Assembly (NCBI RefSeq): GCF_036321535.1
Contig: NC_087447.1
Span: 38,628,001 to 38,692,000, forward strand
From: Camelus dromedarius
Lineage: Eukaryota
Direction: 5' to 3'
Length of the DNA stretch: 64,000 nucleotides
The notes beneath the pieces were generated by a model. That model did not search any database. It saw only the letters and a list, made by a program, of their open reading frames with translations, and had not been told where the DNA came from. The position numbers were made by a program, and so were the translations under genes. This document shows, piece by piece, positions 26,880 to 39,785 of this stretch (positions within the stretch are counted from its first letter, which is position 1; each line of letters opens with the position of its first letter).

Positions 26880-27382
26880 CCCAATATCTACTCCTTCCAT
26901 CTGCCATGCTTGCAGAGCCCTCATTTTTCGAGGAGTAGTACTAGGTAAGCCAATCATGACAGTCCTGTTCCCACTTTCCCAGCCTTCCTTGCAGCTGGGG
27001 AAGAGGGTATGGCATATGACCCAAATGTGACCTCATAAAGGAAGATTGTCAGCTTGAAAGGTAAACCTGAGAATGTTTCGTTTTTCAGCTTAAAGAAATT
27101 GATGACCCACCCTGTCCTGTCCTTCTTTTTCCAGCCTTGATTATAAACACGATGTGTGAAACAAGGCAGCCATTTTGTGACCATGAGGAAAAGACCAACA
27201 AAACTCGGAGACCCTAGCTCTGACATCATTCAGCTGCTGTCATTCGTCAATGACATCACTTAGGTAGCAGTCACCTACCTCCAGCCTTCTTGTTATATGA
27301 GAAAAATAAATCTCTATTTGTTGAAGCTATCATTGGTCAAGTTTTTTAATGAATGCTGCTCTCAAAAGCATGCCTAACTGAC
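26880..27382. mobile_element. MLT1-type (ERVL-MaLR) solo LTR
   Basis: cccagccttccttgcagctggg, ggcagccattttgtgaccatgagg, aaaataaatctctatttgttgaagc and cctaactgaca are MLT1J/K-like motifs. Confidence 0.7.
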
Positions 27383-30300
27383 AGAAACAAGTATGAACAA
27401 AGTACTGTGGGAGTATGGAAGAGGGCAGTTCAAATGCTAAGGCAGAGCAGGTTCTGCTGACCCTTTACACCAGGCCGGGAGATTGTACTGGGGAGCCACT
27501 AAAGGGCTTAGGCAGGCTTCGGGGCAGGGATACTTTGGTCAGCAGAGTCTGGGAGAAGAACACTCCAGATGCCTTAAAAGAGGGCTTGGGTTTGGTGGGT
27601 GGGAGGTCATACTGCCTTTTTCTGGGACTTTCCATGGCATGCAGGGGACAGGCACCTGCTCACAGTGCCTAGGAAGAAAGCAGCCGGCCTGCCAGTGCAC
27701 TCCAGTCTGAAAGAGACACGGCTGTACAGGGAGGGGGCACGCAGGTGCGAGTTTGACAGGAAAACACAGGAGAGGGAAATACACTTTTTTTTTTCTCTGG
27801 AGGGGGCTTTCACATGCCTAGAAGCATGTGAAGAGTCAACAGTGGAAACCCTTAGGGATACCTGCTGGATCACTGGCTGGAAATTTGTCATCTGTTGGAA
27901 AAATCTTAAATAAACTTACAAGGACAAAAGAAATAGATTGCAGGATATAGTCCCAGTTGTGGAAGCTCTGACAGGCAGGCAATTCTGGTTAGTGATCAGG
28001 ACCATTTCACATTTCCTTTTTTTATCAAACTTATCCATTTTTTTCCAGCATCTTTTGACCCTTAACAGGTTCCTCCCTCTGGCTTAAATTGTCCATGGCA
28101 TTTCTTAACCTTAAAGACATACATATGTGTCTAATCCTTAAGCCTGGAAGGGGGGGGAGGGTGGGGGGACAGTATCTCACAATATATCTTTAGGCCAAAA
28201 AAACTTTTTCCCTTAAGGATACAAAAACACAGAGTTTGATGTTCCTGAAAAATTACTTTTTTTTTTTCAATCAGCCTTAGCACACTTTTTAGGTTTTTGT
28301 AGTATGATTACTGGTACCCAGGGTACTACTAGTCAAGGGACAACTGACAGTTAATTCAATGTTTCTATAATATTGTCAGATGCATGATTCTATTGTATAA
28401 TGTATCATACAGTTAAACTGCTAATCAGTGCCTGCCTCATTTTCCCCTCTAACTCCTTCACCCTTGGCAGAATAGGAGCCCCTCCAGCCCTGGGCCTGTG
28501 TCTTAAGCATCATTTATGCTTAGAATCTAACAGGGAATCTGGCCAAAGCTCGAACCTGGAGGTCTTAATCTGAGGTCTACAGGATTCAGGATGATGAAAT
28601 TCTGGGTGATGTGCACAAGTGCATATTTCTGGTTAAGAGTTCATAGCTTTCATCTGCTTCTCAAAGGGGTTCCTGACCTTGAAAACTTTAAGAACCACTA
28701 TTGAGCCTGAAATGAATGATGGCAGATACGTGAAATGGCATGACTGTCATCCCATTTCATCAAATCTCCAACTAAGATATATGTTTCTAAAGCTGAAAGT
28801 TAAATTTTTATCCCAAGCACCCAGGTCTTCAACTGCTTTCTCTCCAGACTGTGCTCTCATCTGAAATAGAACCTATCTCAGCTGGAAAACAAGAAATAGA
28901 AAGTGAACATTGCTCCTGGGTTCCTCAGTGTACTTGCAGACTCCTTTATGCTCCACGCATTGCATGGATGTAATAGTACGATCACCCTAGCCTGAGTTAG
29001 AGGAAATGCTGCTATGCTGAGAGCTCTCTCCTGGCTGGTTCACAAAGTCACTGTTCTCTGCAGCTGGTCCTTCTCTGTGGGGGCCACAGCCACCTCCCCT
29101 TCCTGTGAGTTCCTGTAAGCCGGGGTGGGAAGCGTGGTTTCCCAGGGGTAAGGAAGCCATCAGGCAACAGAGCAGTCTCCTTACATACAAGCAAGGAGAC
29201 TCTGCCCTCCTTTCTGTTCCTCAGGGAGCCTCCCTGTCACCCTGGGTTTTCTGCTGTGAAAATTCATGTACAGTAGCAGACCTGTGTGTTGGGAGATACT
29301 CTCTCTTCTGGACAGGGTTAGGGAGTGTGTGGAGGGGGATATGGTTCTTAGCTACAGAGTCATGGTCCATGAAGAGGTTTCAAAGGATTCTTGAGCCCCT
29401 GAAAATGCTGTATGCAAAACTGTAAGCATGTGCATTGCTTTGGGGAGAGACGGTACAAGAACTGCTCTAAGTGAGGAGTCAGGACTGTCATGCCTGTTGG
29501 TGCTGAGTTCTCTCCCCGAGCCCCCGCCACCCCCACCTCAGAAAGGACATGCCCGAAAGAGTAAATGAAGGACTCCCTGCACAGTTACTGCAGAAACCTC
29601 CTAATGGGTTTCCTCTCCTGGCCAACCATCCAACTTACCTACACTCTGCTAGGGGATTAATCATCACCTCTAGCACATTATTAGGCAGCAGTTGTACCAT
29701 ACTCCTAATTATCCTATCCCCACCCTGCCCCACCCCACCCCTCTATACAAAGGTTCCTCTCTCACTTATAAACTACAGTCCAAGCTCTTGGCTAAACGTC
29801 CAGTCCTGAATACCAGAACACCAGCTGCCTCCCAGGTCTGACACTGCATCTCCCACCCCAGATGCTCTTCCTAGCTACCTGAACTCAGCCCTGCCTTTTC
29901 CCTGTGTGTCACAGGACCCCTCTCGGCTTCTGCCTGTGCTACTCATAAACCAGGCCTCCTCTCTGCCCAGTCACACCCCACACATCTGTCACCATCTCAC
30001 GGCCTCCTCAGAGTCTTGTTGAGCAGGACCTTCGGAAGTGACCTCCTCTGGGTTCCTGGAACACCAGTGAACTTTAGGATTGGCATTCGGGCATTGGGTA
30101 GTCTTAGTGTTTGCTTGTCTTACCATTTAACTCATTGTGTGTTTATGTGGGACTCCTGACTGAATTCTGAGCGTTTTCAGGGACGGGGTCTTTTTGCTCC
30201 CTTGTGGCCCCTCTAGCACTTAGCACAGTGCCTTTCATGAAGCACACATTGAAAGTGTGTTGATCTGATAGATTTTCATGGACTGACTTGACCTGTAATT

Positions 30301-33071
30301 CAACTCTTTTACATTCAACACCTAGTGCTGAGTGTCTACCATCACGTCCACAGTCAGGCAAGACGCATAAACTCCTCCGCATTAGCAGTGCCACCCAGCG
30401 TGCGGGGTGAACAGCCAACAGAGACTGGTCTGAGTCATGGAACATTTTCCACTGCATAAAGACCAGTTAAGTCTGCCTTGTTCTTTTCAAGCTAGGCTGA
30501 CGACAACCACTGTTCTTAAAAGGAACCTTTTGGGTTGAATTCAAAACCCTTTCACAAGGCTGGGAATCAGCAGGATGAGGGTGTATCTGCCAGGAGTTTA
30601 AACCAAAGATGGAGCTTTCTTGATGGAAAAGACAGTTGCTGATTACACTGTGCTCCCCTCTGTGCTCATCCCCTGAGTTGACTTTTCAAAAACATCCCTA
30701 GGCCTTATGTTCCGACTCACACTAGATTTGTTTCATGTTTCTTCTTTTTGACATCTGCACCCCTCTTGTAGCAACTGACCTCACTCTTATGTCACATGAG
30801 CTCATCAGAAGTAAACCATGATCACTTGGACCCCTACATGTTCTGAAGCAACAACATGAGACCACAGGAAGCCACACAATCTGGGCCTGATTGTTCTGTT
30901 TCCTAGACTTTCTCATGGAAAATAGTTTCAGAGATAAGTTAAAGGAAGGCAGAGAGGGAAAAAGGAAAGGAAGGGAAGGTAAAGGGGAGGGAGGGCAGGG
31001 GAGGGGAGGGAGAGAGGAAGCCAAGATCTTTAACTTTCTGAGTTAAAAAAATGTGGGAGAGAAATTAATGATACCTCATTTTAACGCAGAGTAGAATGCA
31101 AGTGACCAATTTTTTTTTTTAATATGGCAAATTTTTAAAATTCTACTAATGCTTATATGGGGGACTTAGGAGTGATGATGGAGGATATTTGGTAATGATT
31201 TTTTGGAAATTGAACAAGGGGCTGGAAATCTTTTTTTCTTCAAGCAGCCAATGAATAAATTAAAACCCAATAAATTAATAAAAAATATCTATCCTGAAGA
31301 TAATAGTGTAACCACATTTACATGTTGCATGTCTGGGAAAGATAAGAAGGTGAACTTGAGAGTCTGTGTTCCTGGGATTGCTTAGATTGTCACTAAATAG
31401 GGGCAGAAGTCACAGTGGAGATGGAGAGGAAAGAGAGGGAGGGGAGGGGAGACTTCAATTTCCTCATCTCTATGAGGGAACAAGCGTAAAACCAGATGGT
31501 TGCCATCCAGAGGGCAGCACAACAGACGTCCTAGAAGTTGGACCCCACAGTGTGGCGACCCAAAGAGCAAAGTTTTTCCAGGGTCTGTGCCCTGATCAGT
31601 GCTTCATTTTGTGTTTGCAGGTGGATGAATCTGTGTCATCAGATTGGGATGTACACTTCCCTAGTCTTCTAGATGGCTCCATGTCAAGGATATCTCTGAT
31701 ACAAAGTAAGATAAATTTGATACATTTCAAGAATGTGAAGTAGCAGAATCCTTATCCTAGGAGGATATTTGGTAATGATCTTTTGGAAATTACACTTTTT
31801 ACTGTATCTAGCCCACTGCATCCAAATGCATCAATACACATAGTGTTTCTTTGGGTTGACCTAGCTAGTCTTGAAAAATCTGTAATTCAGCTTCCTGCTG
31901 ACTTGGATTCTTCTTTGTTCAAGCTGCTCTGGCAATGATCAGGAGTCCCTCATGGCCAGAGGTCTAAGTTCAGGATGATACTGTACTGGATTGTCAGTAG
32001 AAAAAGCTAATAAATCTTGGCCTTCCATGTGTCTGGTACCCTCCATAGGAACACCAAACCAGTTCTTTGATCCATAAATTGTTATGATTTGTGCAATGTA
32101 TTTTGGTGAAACCAATTACCTGTAACTGATTGGACTGGGGATCAACACATGAGCCAAAGGCACCCATGGATGGGTTGGACATGAAGGATGCTGGCTACTT
32201 CTGAGTTGCTTTCCTGATAATTCTGTCAAGTAGTTCTACATATTGAATGGTGCAAACTGGCCTCATTAAATTGTCTTTGGGGAAAAAAAAGTCAGAAAAA
32301 TTAAGGGAAGATGGGTCACTACACAGGTCTAAGTGCAGAGCAAAGGACAATTGTTCAGAGCACTCTTCTGTACCTCTCTGGAGCCTGGGGAATAATCCCA
32401 TGTGACCCACTATGACTGTGGCTGATGTGATGATGTAACTTGCTAGGCTCTCCCACACACCCCTTGTATTTTGCGTGATAAACTTCTGGCACTGAAGGTC
32501 GGCTATGCATAAGGAATACTATATGCAAACCTGCAGTTAGCAACATTTCCATTTGGATCCTCTTGGGCTCTTTTGGTTGTTGTCAGGGCTCATCAGCATA
32601 AACATGAAGTTGTTTTGATTTGCTACAGTCTCTCTGCTATCAGAAAACTGTTATTAGGAAAATCGCATTAATTAGCAACAGCTGAGAGGAGGATCAGCTA
32701 TTTTGGAGCTGCAGCTGCAAGTCTCTTTGCAATCTTGACTATTGCCTAAATTTTAACAATTAACAGAATAAATAGTCTCTGAACATATTTAATCACGTTA
32801 ATTTTGTTTTCCTCTATTTGTATTACTGTTTAGGACTGGTAATTAATCTACATTAAATACTCTGATAGTATTAGCATGCTTTAAAGCATAACCTCAGTTA
32901 TCCTATTCCTGTATAATTTACTGGAAGTGATGTATTGTTTTGCTTAATGTTAATTTTTTAACTTTATGAGGAGAAATGAAGAATTAATTAAAATGTATCC
33001 AAAAGGCTGTCCTATTAACCAAAATGTCTGCCTTAACTTGAAATATTTATAGCCATGTTGGGTAACAGTGA

Positions 33072-33135
33072 GATGGATGGTTGGATGGATGGATGGATGG
33101 TTGGATGGATGATGGAAGGAAGGATAAATGGATAG
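33072..33135. repeat. Imperfect (GGAT)n microsatellite
   Basis: gatggatggttggatggatggatggatggttggatggat. Confidence 0.9.
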
Positions 33136-33844
33136 AATTTTGATAGAGACATAAAGTAACAGAAAGACAGACAGACAGATATATACATACATACATAAGG
33201 ACTGGGATTTAAACCTTCTAAATTCTAATCCCATTTGTTCATTTCTTTTCTTAATAATCACCATGAAATCAACATGATAAAGACACAGTATAATAGAAAG
33301 ACCTTTGTAGTCAGGCAGATCAGATTTGATCCTGGATCTACATCTTCAGTGTGTAGTAGATGAATTACAGCCCTGAAACTGTAATTCAATTTTCTGCCCT
33401 ACAAATTGGGGTTAATATCTACTCTTGTGAGCATTAATGAGCTAAGCCAGTATGTAAAGTTCCTGGCACAAAGTAAGTGCTTGAAAAATGCAATCTTCCT
33501 TTCCTCTTTCTACTTTAAACCTCATGTTGCTATTTAACTGCTCATTTATTTATGCCTTTCCTACCCAGCTAGAGAGTTAATTAAACCCTTAAGAAGTAGA
33601 CTTTCTCTTGCTCATCCTTGTACCTACCCAAAGTGCACTGCACAATAGCTGGGCCCATTGGATGGTCGTACCAATTCACCAGTATTAGCCCACAAGCCTT
33701 GACTTTATCAACTTGTATAACAATAATTAACATCTACTGAGTGCCAGGCACTCTGTGGTAAGTGTTTTATGTACTTCAAGTGTTCTCAGCCTTGGCTACT
33801 CATTAAAATCATTTGGGGGAGCTTTTAAAAAGTATTGACACCCT

Positions 33845-34234
33845 TATACAATGGAATACTACTCAGACATAAAAACGAATGAAATAACGCCATTCACAGC
33901 ATCATGAATGGACATAGAGATTACCATACTAAGTGAAGTAAGTGAGACACAGAAAGACAGATACCATATAATGTTACTTATATGTGGAAATCTGAAAAAA
34001 AAATATTCAAATGAACTTATTTACAAAACAGAAAGAGACTCACAGACATAGAAAATAAATTTATGGTTACCAAAAGGGAAAGGCAGGGGAGGGATAAATT
34101 AGGGGTTGGGGATTAACAGACACACATTACTATATACAAAATAGATAAACAACAAGGACCTACTGTATAGCACAGGGAACTATATTCAATTTCTTACAAT
34201 AACATATTATGGAAAAGAATCTGAAGAATAAATA

Positions 34235-34282
<48 letters not shown>

Positions 34283-34300
34283 AAACTGAATCATTTTGCT
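33845..34300 (+). mobile_element. L1 3' region lacking its terminal segment, with a (CA)n tract
   Basis: tacaatggaatactactcag...gaatcattttgct, then an abrupt end. (CA)n at about 34242-34272. Confidence 0.9.
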
Positions 34301-35799
34301 TCCCTCCCCATACCTGGCACAAGCTTGGCATGTAGCAGGTGCTCACAAAATGTCAAATGAATAACTGATCCCTGGCAGGGGGGTAGTGGGAGGTGGAGGG
34401 TGAACGACACCTTGACTCCCCTTCCCTCTGAGGCCAAGATCCACCTACAGCATCACACACAAACAGGCCTTTTCTACCTTTGCCTCCCACTCAGTCACAG
34501 TTTCCATCATAAACCACTCAGTTGACTCAGCTTTGTCTTGTTTCTTCCCTTGTGACTGCCTTTCCCACTGAGCACTCTTTTGGCCTGATCCTCAGCCTTT
34601 CTTTTTTGATTTGACCCTTTCTTGCCCTCTTCCAGAATGAGCTGCTCTAGCTCTGCAGCCATGCAGGGTACAACCAACACCCGGCCCCGCCCCGGCTCCA
34701 GGTTTCCCTGGAGCTGCTGGCGGCACAGGCATGGGAAGGCAGTGAGTGAGGGGAGAAGGGAGATGACCTGAGTGTGTAAGATGCAGCAGTTCATAAGCAT
34801 CTCCCCTGCTCGCCCCCGCCACACACCCAGTTAGAGAACGATTGAAGCTCACAAGCCCACTTTATAAAAGATAATCCTCGCAAGAATTCAGCCTCACCAA
34901 AGATCTACTCATACGCTGTGGCAGATCAAAAGCTTGGGCTGTGGAGTTAGACCATCTGGGGTTCAAATCCCAGTTCCACTACTTATCACCCTGGGCAAGT
35001 TGTGCCTCAGCTTCCTCTCTGTAAAATGGGAGAATATCATCTTTATTATGGGATGGTTGGCACATATTTCAGCTACTATTATTATTGTTACTAAAAGATT
35101 AGAGCAACATCTAGCTGAGTGCTCAAAGAAGGGGTGTTTTGGGGAAAAAAAAAGAAAAAGGAAAAAACAGGATAAAGAGAAGAAATGCAAAGGGAAAAGG
35201 TCACATTTCTTGAGTGCCACCTCTGTCCAGCCACAGTCCTTCCTGCTCCACCATCAGGACCCACTGGTATGTCCTCAAACATTCCTTGCTTTCTCTGGTC
35301 TGGGACATTCTCAGATGCTGTTTCCTCGGCTGCGTCTCCCCTGTGGCCTCTGTCGGCTCACAAGTTGAGCTCTTTGGACCTTCTGCACCGCCCCAGACTA
35401 GGCTGGGTGCTCGCCCTCCCAGCCCTGTTCTCTTCCCTTGTGTTCTGCCCGGGGACTGGTCCATTTCCCTACCACCTTGTGAGGCCGCACCCCGCGCAGC
35501 TCTGCATCCCCGGCGTCTGGCATGGTGCCTCGGAGGGATGGGTGGTGCTAACGAGAAGAAGTCAATGAAAGAACGGACAGCCTAGCCTCTCCTGCCTAGT
35601 GAGTCCTGGCCTGTTTTCTTGATTGAACCCAACCAATGTCTTCTCACCCTCATCTTAGCCCAACATTTTGGGAGGAAGAAAATGGAAAAAAAGAAGACAG
35701 AAGAAGAGGGACGGTGCAAAGGCAGGACTTCTTGTTCTTCACACCCCCCTACCCAGGCCTGCCTTTGAGCTGAGTCTGTTTAATTCAAAACTTCAAGAA

Positions 35800-36720
35800 C
35801 AGTACAAAGAACTTTTATTCCCCCCTAAAACATTTGAGAGTAAGTGGGTGACATGCTATCCGATCACCTTGAGGAGCTGAGTGTTTTTCCTACAGACAAG
35901 GATACTCTCTCATGTAACCACAATATAATGGTCAGATTTAGGAAATGAACATTAAAACATCCAACCCTCAAACCCTATTCAAGTCACGACAATTATTCCT
36001 TTATGGCCAGAAGGTCTACTTTAGAATTGCTGTGTTGCCCTGAGGTTCTATGTCTCTTTGGCCTCCTTCAATCTAGAGCAGTTCCCTCAGGCTTTCCTTG
36101 ACTTTTATGACTTTGAAAGTTCTGAAGATTACACGTGGGCAATTCTGTAAACTGTCTGAGCTCATCCGATGCTTCCTCGGGATTAGATTCAGGTATATTG
36201 CGCCTTGAGCAGGAACATCACAGAAGTGATGCTGTGCTTTCTTCACTGCATCCCTGTCAGGTGGCAAAGGATTTAAATTTAGATTCGTCCCATCACTGGT
36301 GTCTGCCAGACTTCTCCCCTCTAACATTCCTGGTTTCCTCTTTTTTATTTTATTTTTTAACTGAAATATAGTCAGTTACAATGTGTCAATTTCCAGTGTA
36401 CAGCACAATGTTTCAGTTATGCATATACATACATAATATTCATTTTCATATTCTTTTTCATTATAGCTTACTACAGGATACTGAATATAGTTCCCTGTGC
36501 TGTACAGAAGAAATTCGTTTTTTATCCTGGTTTTCTCTTTATAAGCTATTATATATTTTGAGGGCAGGTACTTTGAGATTATGTAAACATCTTTTTCTTG
36601 ATCAAACTTTCCAATTATCCATTCATTTATTTAGTCAGCACAGGTATTGATTTGTATCAGACAACCTCGAGTTTCCCATTTCATCTAATGGGTTGTAATC
36701 CGTTACTGTTACAATTCTAT
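35800..36720 (-). mobile_element. Old L1MC-like 3' end
   Basis: ctagagcagttccctcaggctttccttgacttttatgactttga is the reverse complement of the motif family at 2350-2560. Confidence 0.6.
36344..36524 (-). mobile_element. Short young L1 3' end nested in an old L1
   Basis: Reverse L1 3'UTR with a T tail. TSD tcctggttt(c/t)ctcttt at 36328-36343 and 36525-36540. Confidence 0.92.
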
Positions 36721-36968
36721 GGGGACCTAGACACCTATGTATTTGTGCCTGATCTTCCTCTTGTCTTGACATTATACTTTAATTTTTATTTTCTCTGGTT
36801 TTGATTTTTAAAATTTGACGTGACTATTTTATGTTTTTCTTAACACCACTTCATATTCTTTATGGGAATTGGCAAGAAGCAGACAAGCAAAAGGAAAGGA
36901 GATGCAGAGAGACTGAAACCTAACAGTTTTTGAAGCTCGAAAAACCATCTTTAAAAATGTAGTTTTTT

Positions 36969-37151
36969 ATAAAAATAGATTTTAAAAATTTCTTCCATAT
37001 AGCACAGGAAACTATATTCAGTATCTTGTAATAACCTTTAATGAAAAAGAATATGAAAACGAATATATGTATGTACATGCATGACTGGGACACTGTGCTG
37101 TACACCAGAAATTGACACAATATAACTTACTGTACTTCAATTAAAAAAAAA
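36969..37151 (+). mobile_element. Short young L1 3' end
   Basis: Near-identical to 10318-10495 (catgactgggacactgtgctgtacaccagaaat). Confidence 0.92.
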
Positions 37152-37299
37152 TTTTTTTTTAAATGTAATTTTTAAAAATGTAAAGTTTTTGTCCTAAGGG
37201 CCAGAAACTGTAATTCACATCTAAGGGATGAACCACTTCTTTTGTCTTAGAAACACCTATGTGATAATCTTCCTTTTACTGCAAATGTAAAGCAATAGC

Positions 37300-37540
37300 A
37301 ATAACAATAATAATAATAGAGCCATATACAGAGCTGCTTCTGGGCCAGACACTGTTCTAAACACTTTACATATATTAACCCCCTTAATTATCACAGCAAC
37401 CCTATAAGCCAGGTACCACTATTATCCCCATTTTATAGGGGAGGCATCTGTGGTACCCAGACTTGCCTAACATCATTAGTGAGCAGTGGAGTCAGAATTC
37501 AGTCTCAGGCTGCCTTCCCTATGAATCCACCTACATAACT
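37300..37540 (-). mobile_element. MIR SINE
   Basis: cactgttctaaacactttaca...attatccccattttatag. Confidence 0.72.
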
Positions 37541-39785
37541 ACAAGCCAAACAAACTAATCCAGAGGAGAGTTGAGTCTGGAATTGGGGTCTACTGGGACT
37601 TGTACAGGGCATTATTTTGAGGGGGCTGGCCCCTGAGGTTAGGCAGGAAGCCTGATGCCCACAAAGTGTGAGAGCTGGGAACCCCCAAGGATAAGCCTGG
37701 GCTTCTGGGCGCCGTGAAGAGCCAAACCTATAAGCCAGCTATGTAGGACCTCTGTGTTATGACTCCATTCTTGGACTCCCCAAGCTTTCAACATTTTATT
37801 AACCATTGTCACTTAGCCCCACCTGTGATGTGGGTATTAAGGGATGGACCCCAAGCACGGAGCAAAGGTCAGGGAGCAGCTGCCTGAGGGACAGATCCAC
37901 AGTCTAGACCCAGGTAGATGGCTGAGGTAGCCAGCGACAACCAGGAGTTTTCAATACCTTAATAATTGCCCAGAGATTCCCCCAAATTCTTGGGTGTTCA
38001 ACCTGGCAGAAGCCTAGTCTTTCTGTAATTAATGAAGAATTAGTTCCTGATTAATAATCTGCAAACAATACTTTCCATTTAAAAGGATGGGGGACACCAT
38101 TTGAGGAGTCAGATCTGGCCCTCAGAGAGCACATCTTTGGTTCTGTTTACAGCGTTCTGTTATTTCTAGCACTAGGTGGTGAGGCTGCGGGTCATTCCTC
38201 TGTCAAACAGGGACTTAAGAGCTGGGACCCAGGATATCTGCCAAATTTGTCCCTGGGGTGGATTCTTCTTTAGCATAGCATGTATCACCACTGTCGGCTG
38301 AGGAGGAAGGCAAGGTGAGTCGTCTCTCTCAATGTACAAAGAGATGCAGAAAGTATGTTATTGCATCTAGTATGCCCCCGACAGAGGCCTTCTCAAAGAG
38401 GTACTGAGGGCCAGTGATTAGACACATGATCGGTGGTACACCAGGCGTACCACCAAGTGGCGCCACCAAAAGTCAAACACGGAAAGGAGAGGGCAGAGAA
38501 GTCTGATCCGGGAAGTGGGCTCACCTAGCAACACAGCTGGGGTGAAGGAGGAGTCCTCCAAGCAACGTGGACTGGCACAGCAGGGCCTGTTCGAGCACAT
38601 TCTGACTCATCAGACTTCTCTGTGGAGCCACAGATGTGTCTAATTTTATACACAGAGAATGCATGGACCCAGCTGCCTGAGCCCCAGAAGCAAGGTAGAT
38701 ATGGCAGAGCGAGTGGGGGGCCCTGGCTTCCACTCTGAGGGCTGTCTGTTTGCTCTCTCTGGTTTCCTGATTCTGCAGCCACAAGACAAGACCCAGCCTT
38801 GCAGCTCTCATCTGGGGTTGCGGCCCAGTCACCCATCATTCACCACTCCCTGATTTCTTCTGCACTTTGGAAAGCTTTTCTGGGTAGCTGGGACTGTTGT
38901 TCAGAGTCTGGGTGTAATTATCACAAAACAGCCTCTGACTTTGGGGGGAAAAAAAACAAAGAAAAAGAAAGGACTTCGAATCACGTAAGGAGATGATAAC
39001 TAACCAGTCCTACGCCCCAAACTGCAGTTAGAGCAGTTCTGATGTCATTGTTAATCATGCCAATTTATGTTTCGAAAGGAAACCAACAAATATAATGATT
39101 ATTTCTGCTTCTGCTTCCCCCCCTTTCTCCTCAAAGATTGGCAATAGCACTAAAGTCAAATTAAACATCTGTTTGAAAAATAAGCCAGAGTGCTGATGAC
39201 AGCTGCCCCGGACTTACAAATGCACCACAGCTGTCAAACTCTAAATTAACAATGATTTTCATTTATGAATAGCAAAGACCTGAGATATTATGGAGCTTTT
39301 TCTCCACTGTTTCCCCAGCTTCCAGGGGCGATTAAATGTAAATGTTTGGGAAATGCCCCCCCCCCAAAACAACATAGCTGAAATCAGCCTGTGATAATTA
39401 ATCATGGAAGGAGGGGAGATGTCCTTGCTTCTTCCGTAACCTCATTTCTTCATTGGCTTTGAGTGTTCTCTGTGGCAAGCGGGCTTGCAGGAAGGCAAAT
39501 AGTTCAGGGACCAATCTTTGATTAGGAGTTGCCAGTGAATGGTGATGTAGCTGTGAGCCTCCACAGAGGAATGTCATCTTCTACAGCACTGAGGACCCTC
39601 TGCTCATCTTTCCAGCATTGTCTGTGTCTGCAGTGGACTTTAGCCCACACTTCTTCCAGATGAAGTAACGGATGACCAGGTATATGGCTTTGTTACCCTG
39701 TGGTCACACGTTGGGTGTAAAGATCTAATCAAGCCATTTTGGTATCAGGATAAAATATGCCGACCTGTTTTACACTTACTGCATG

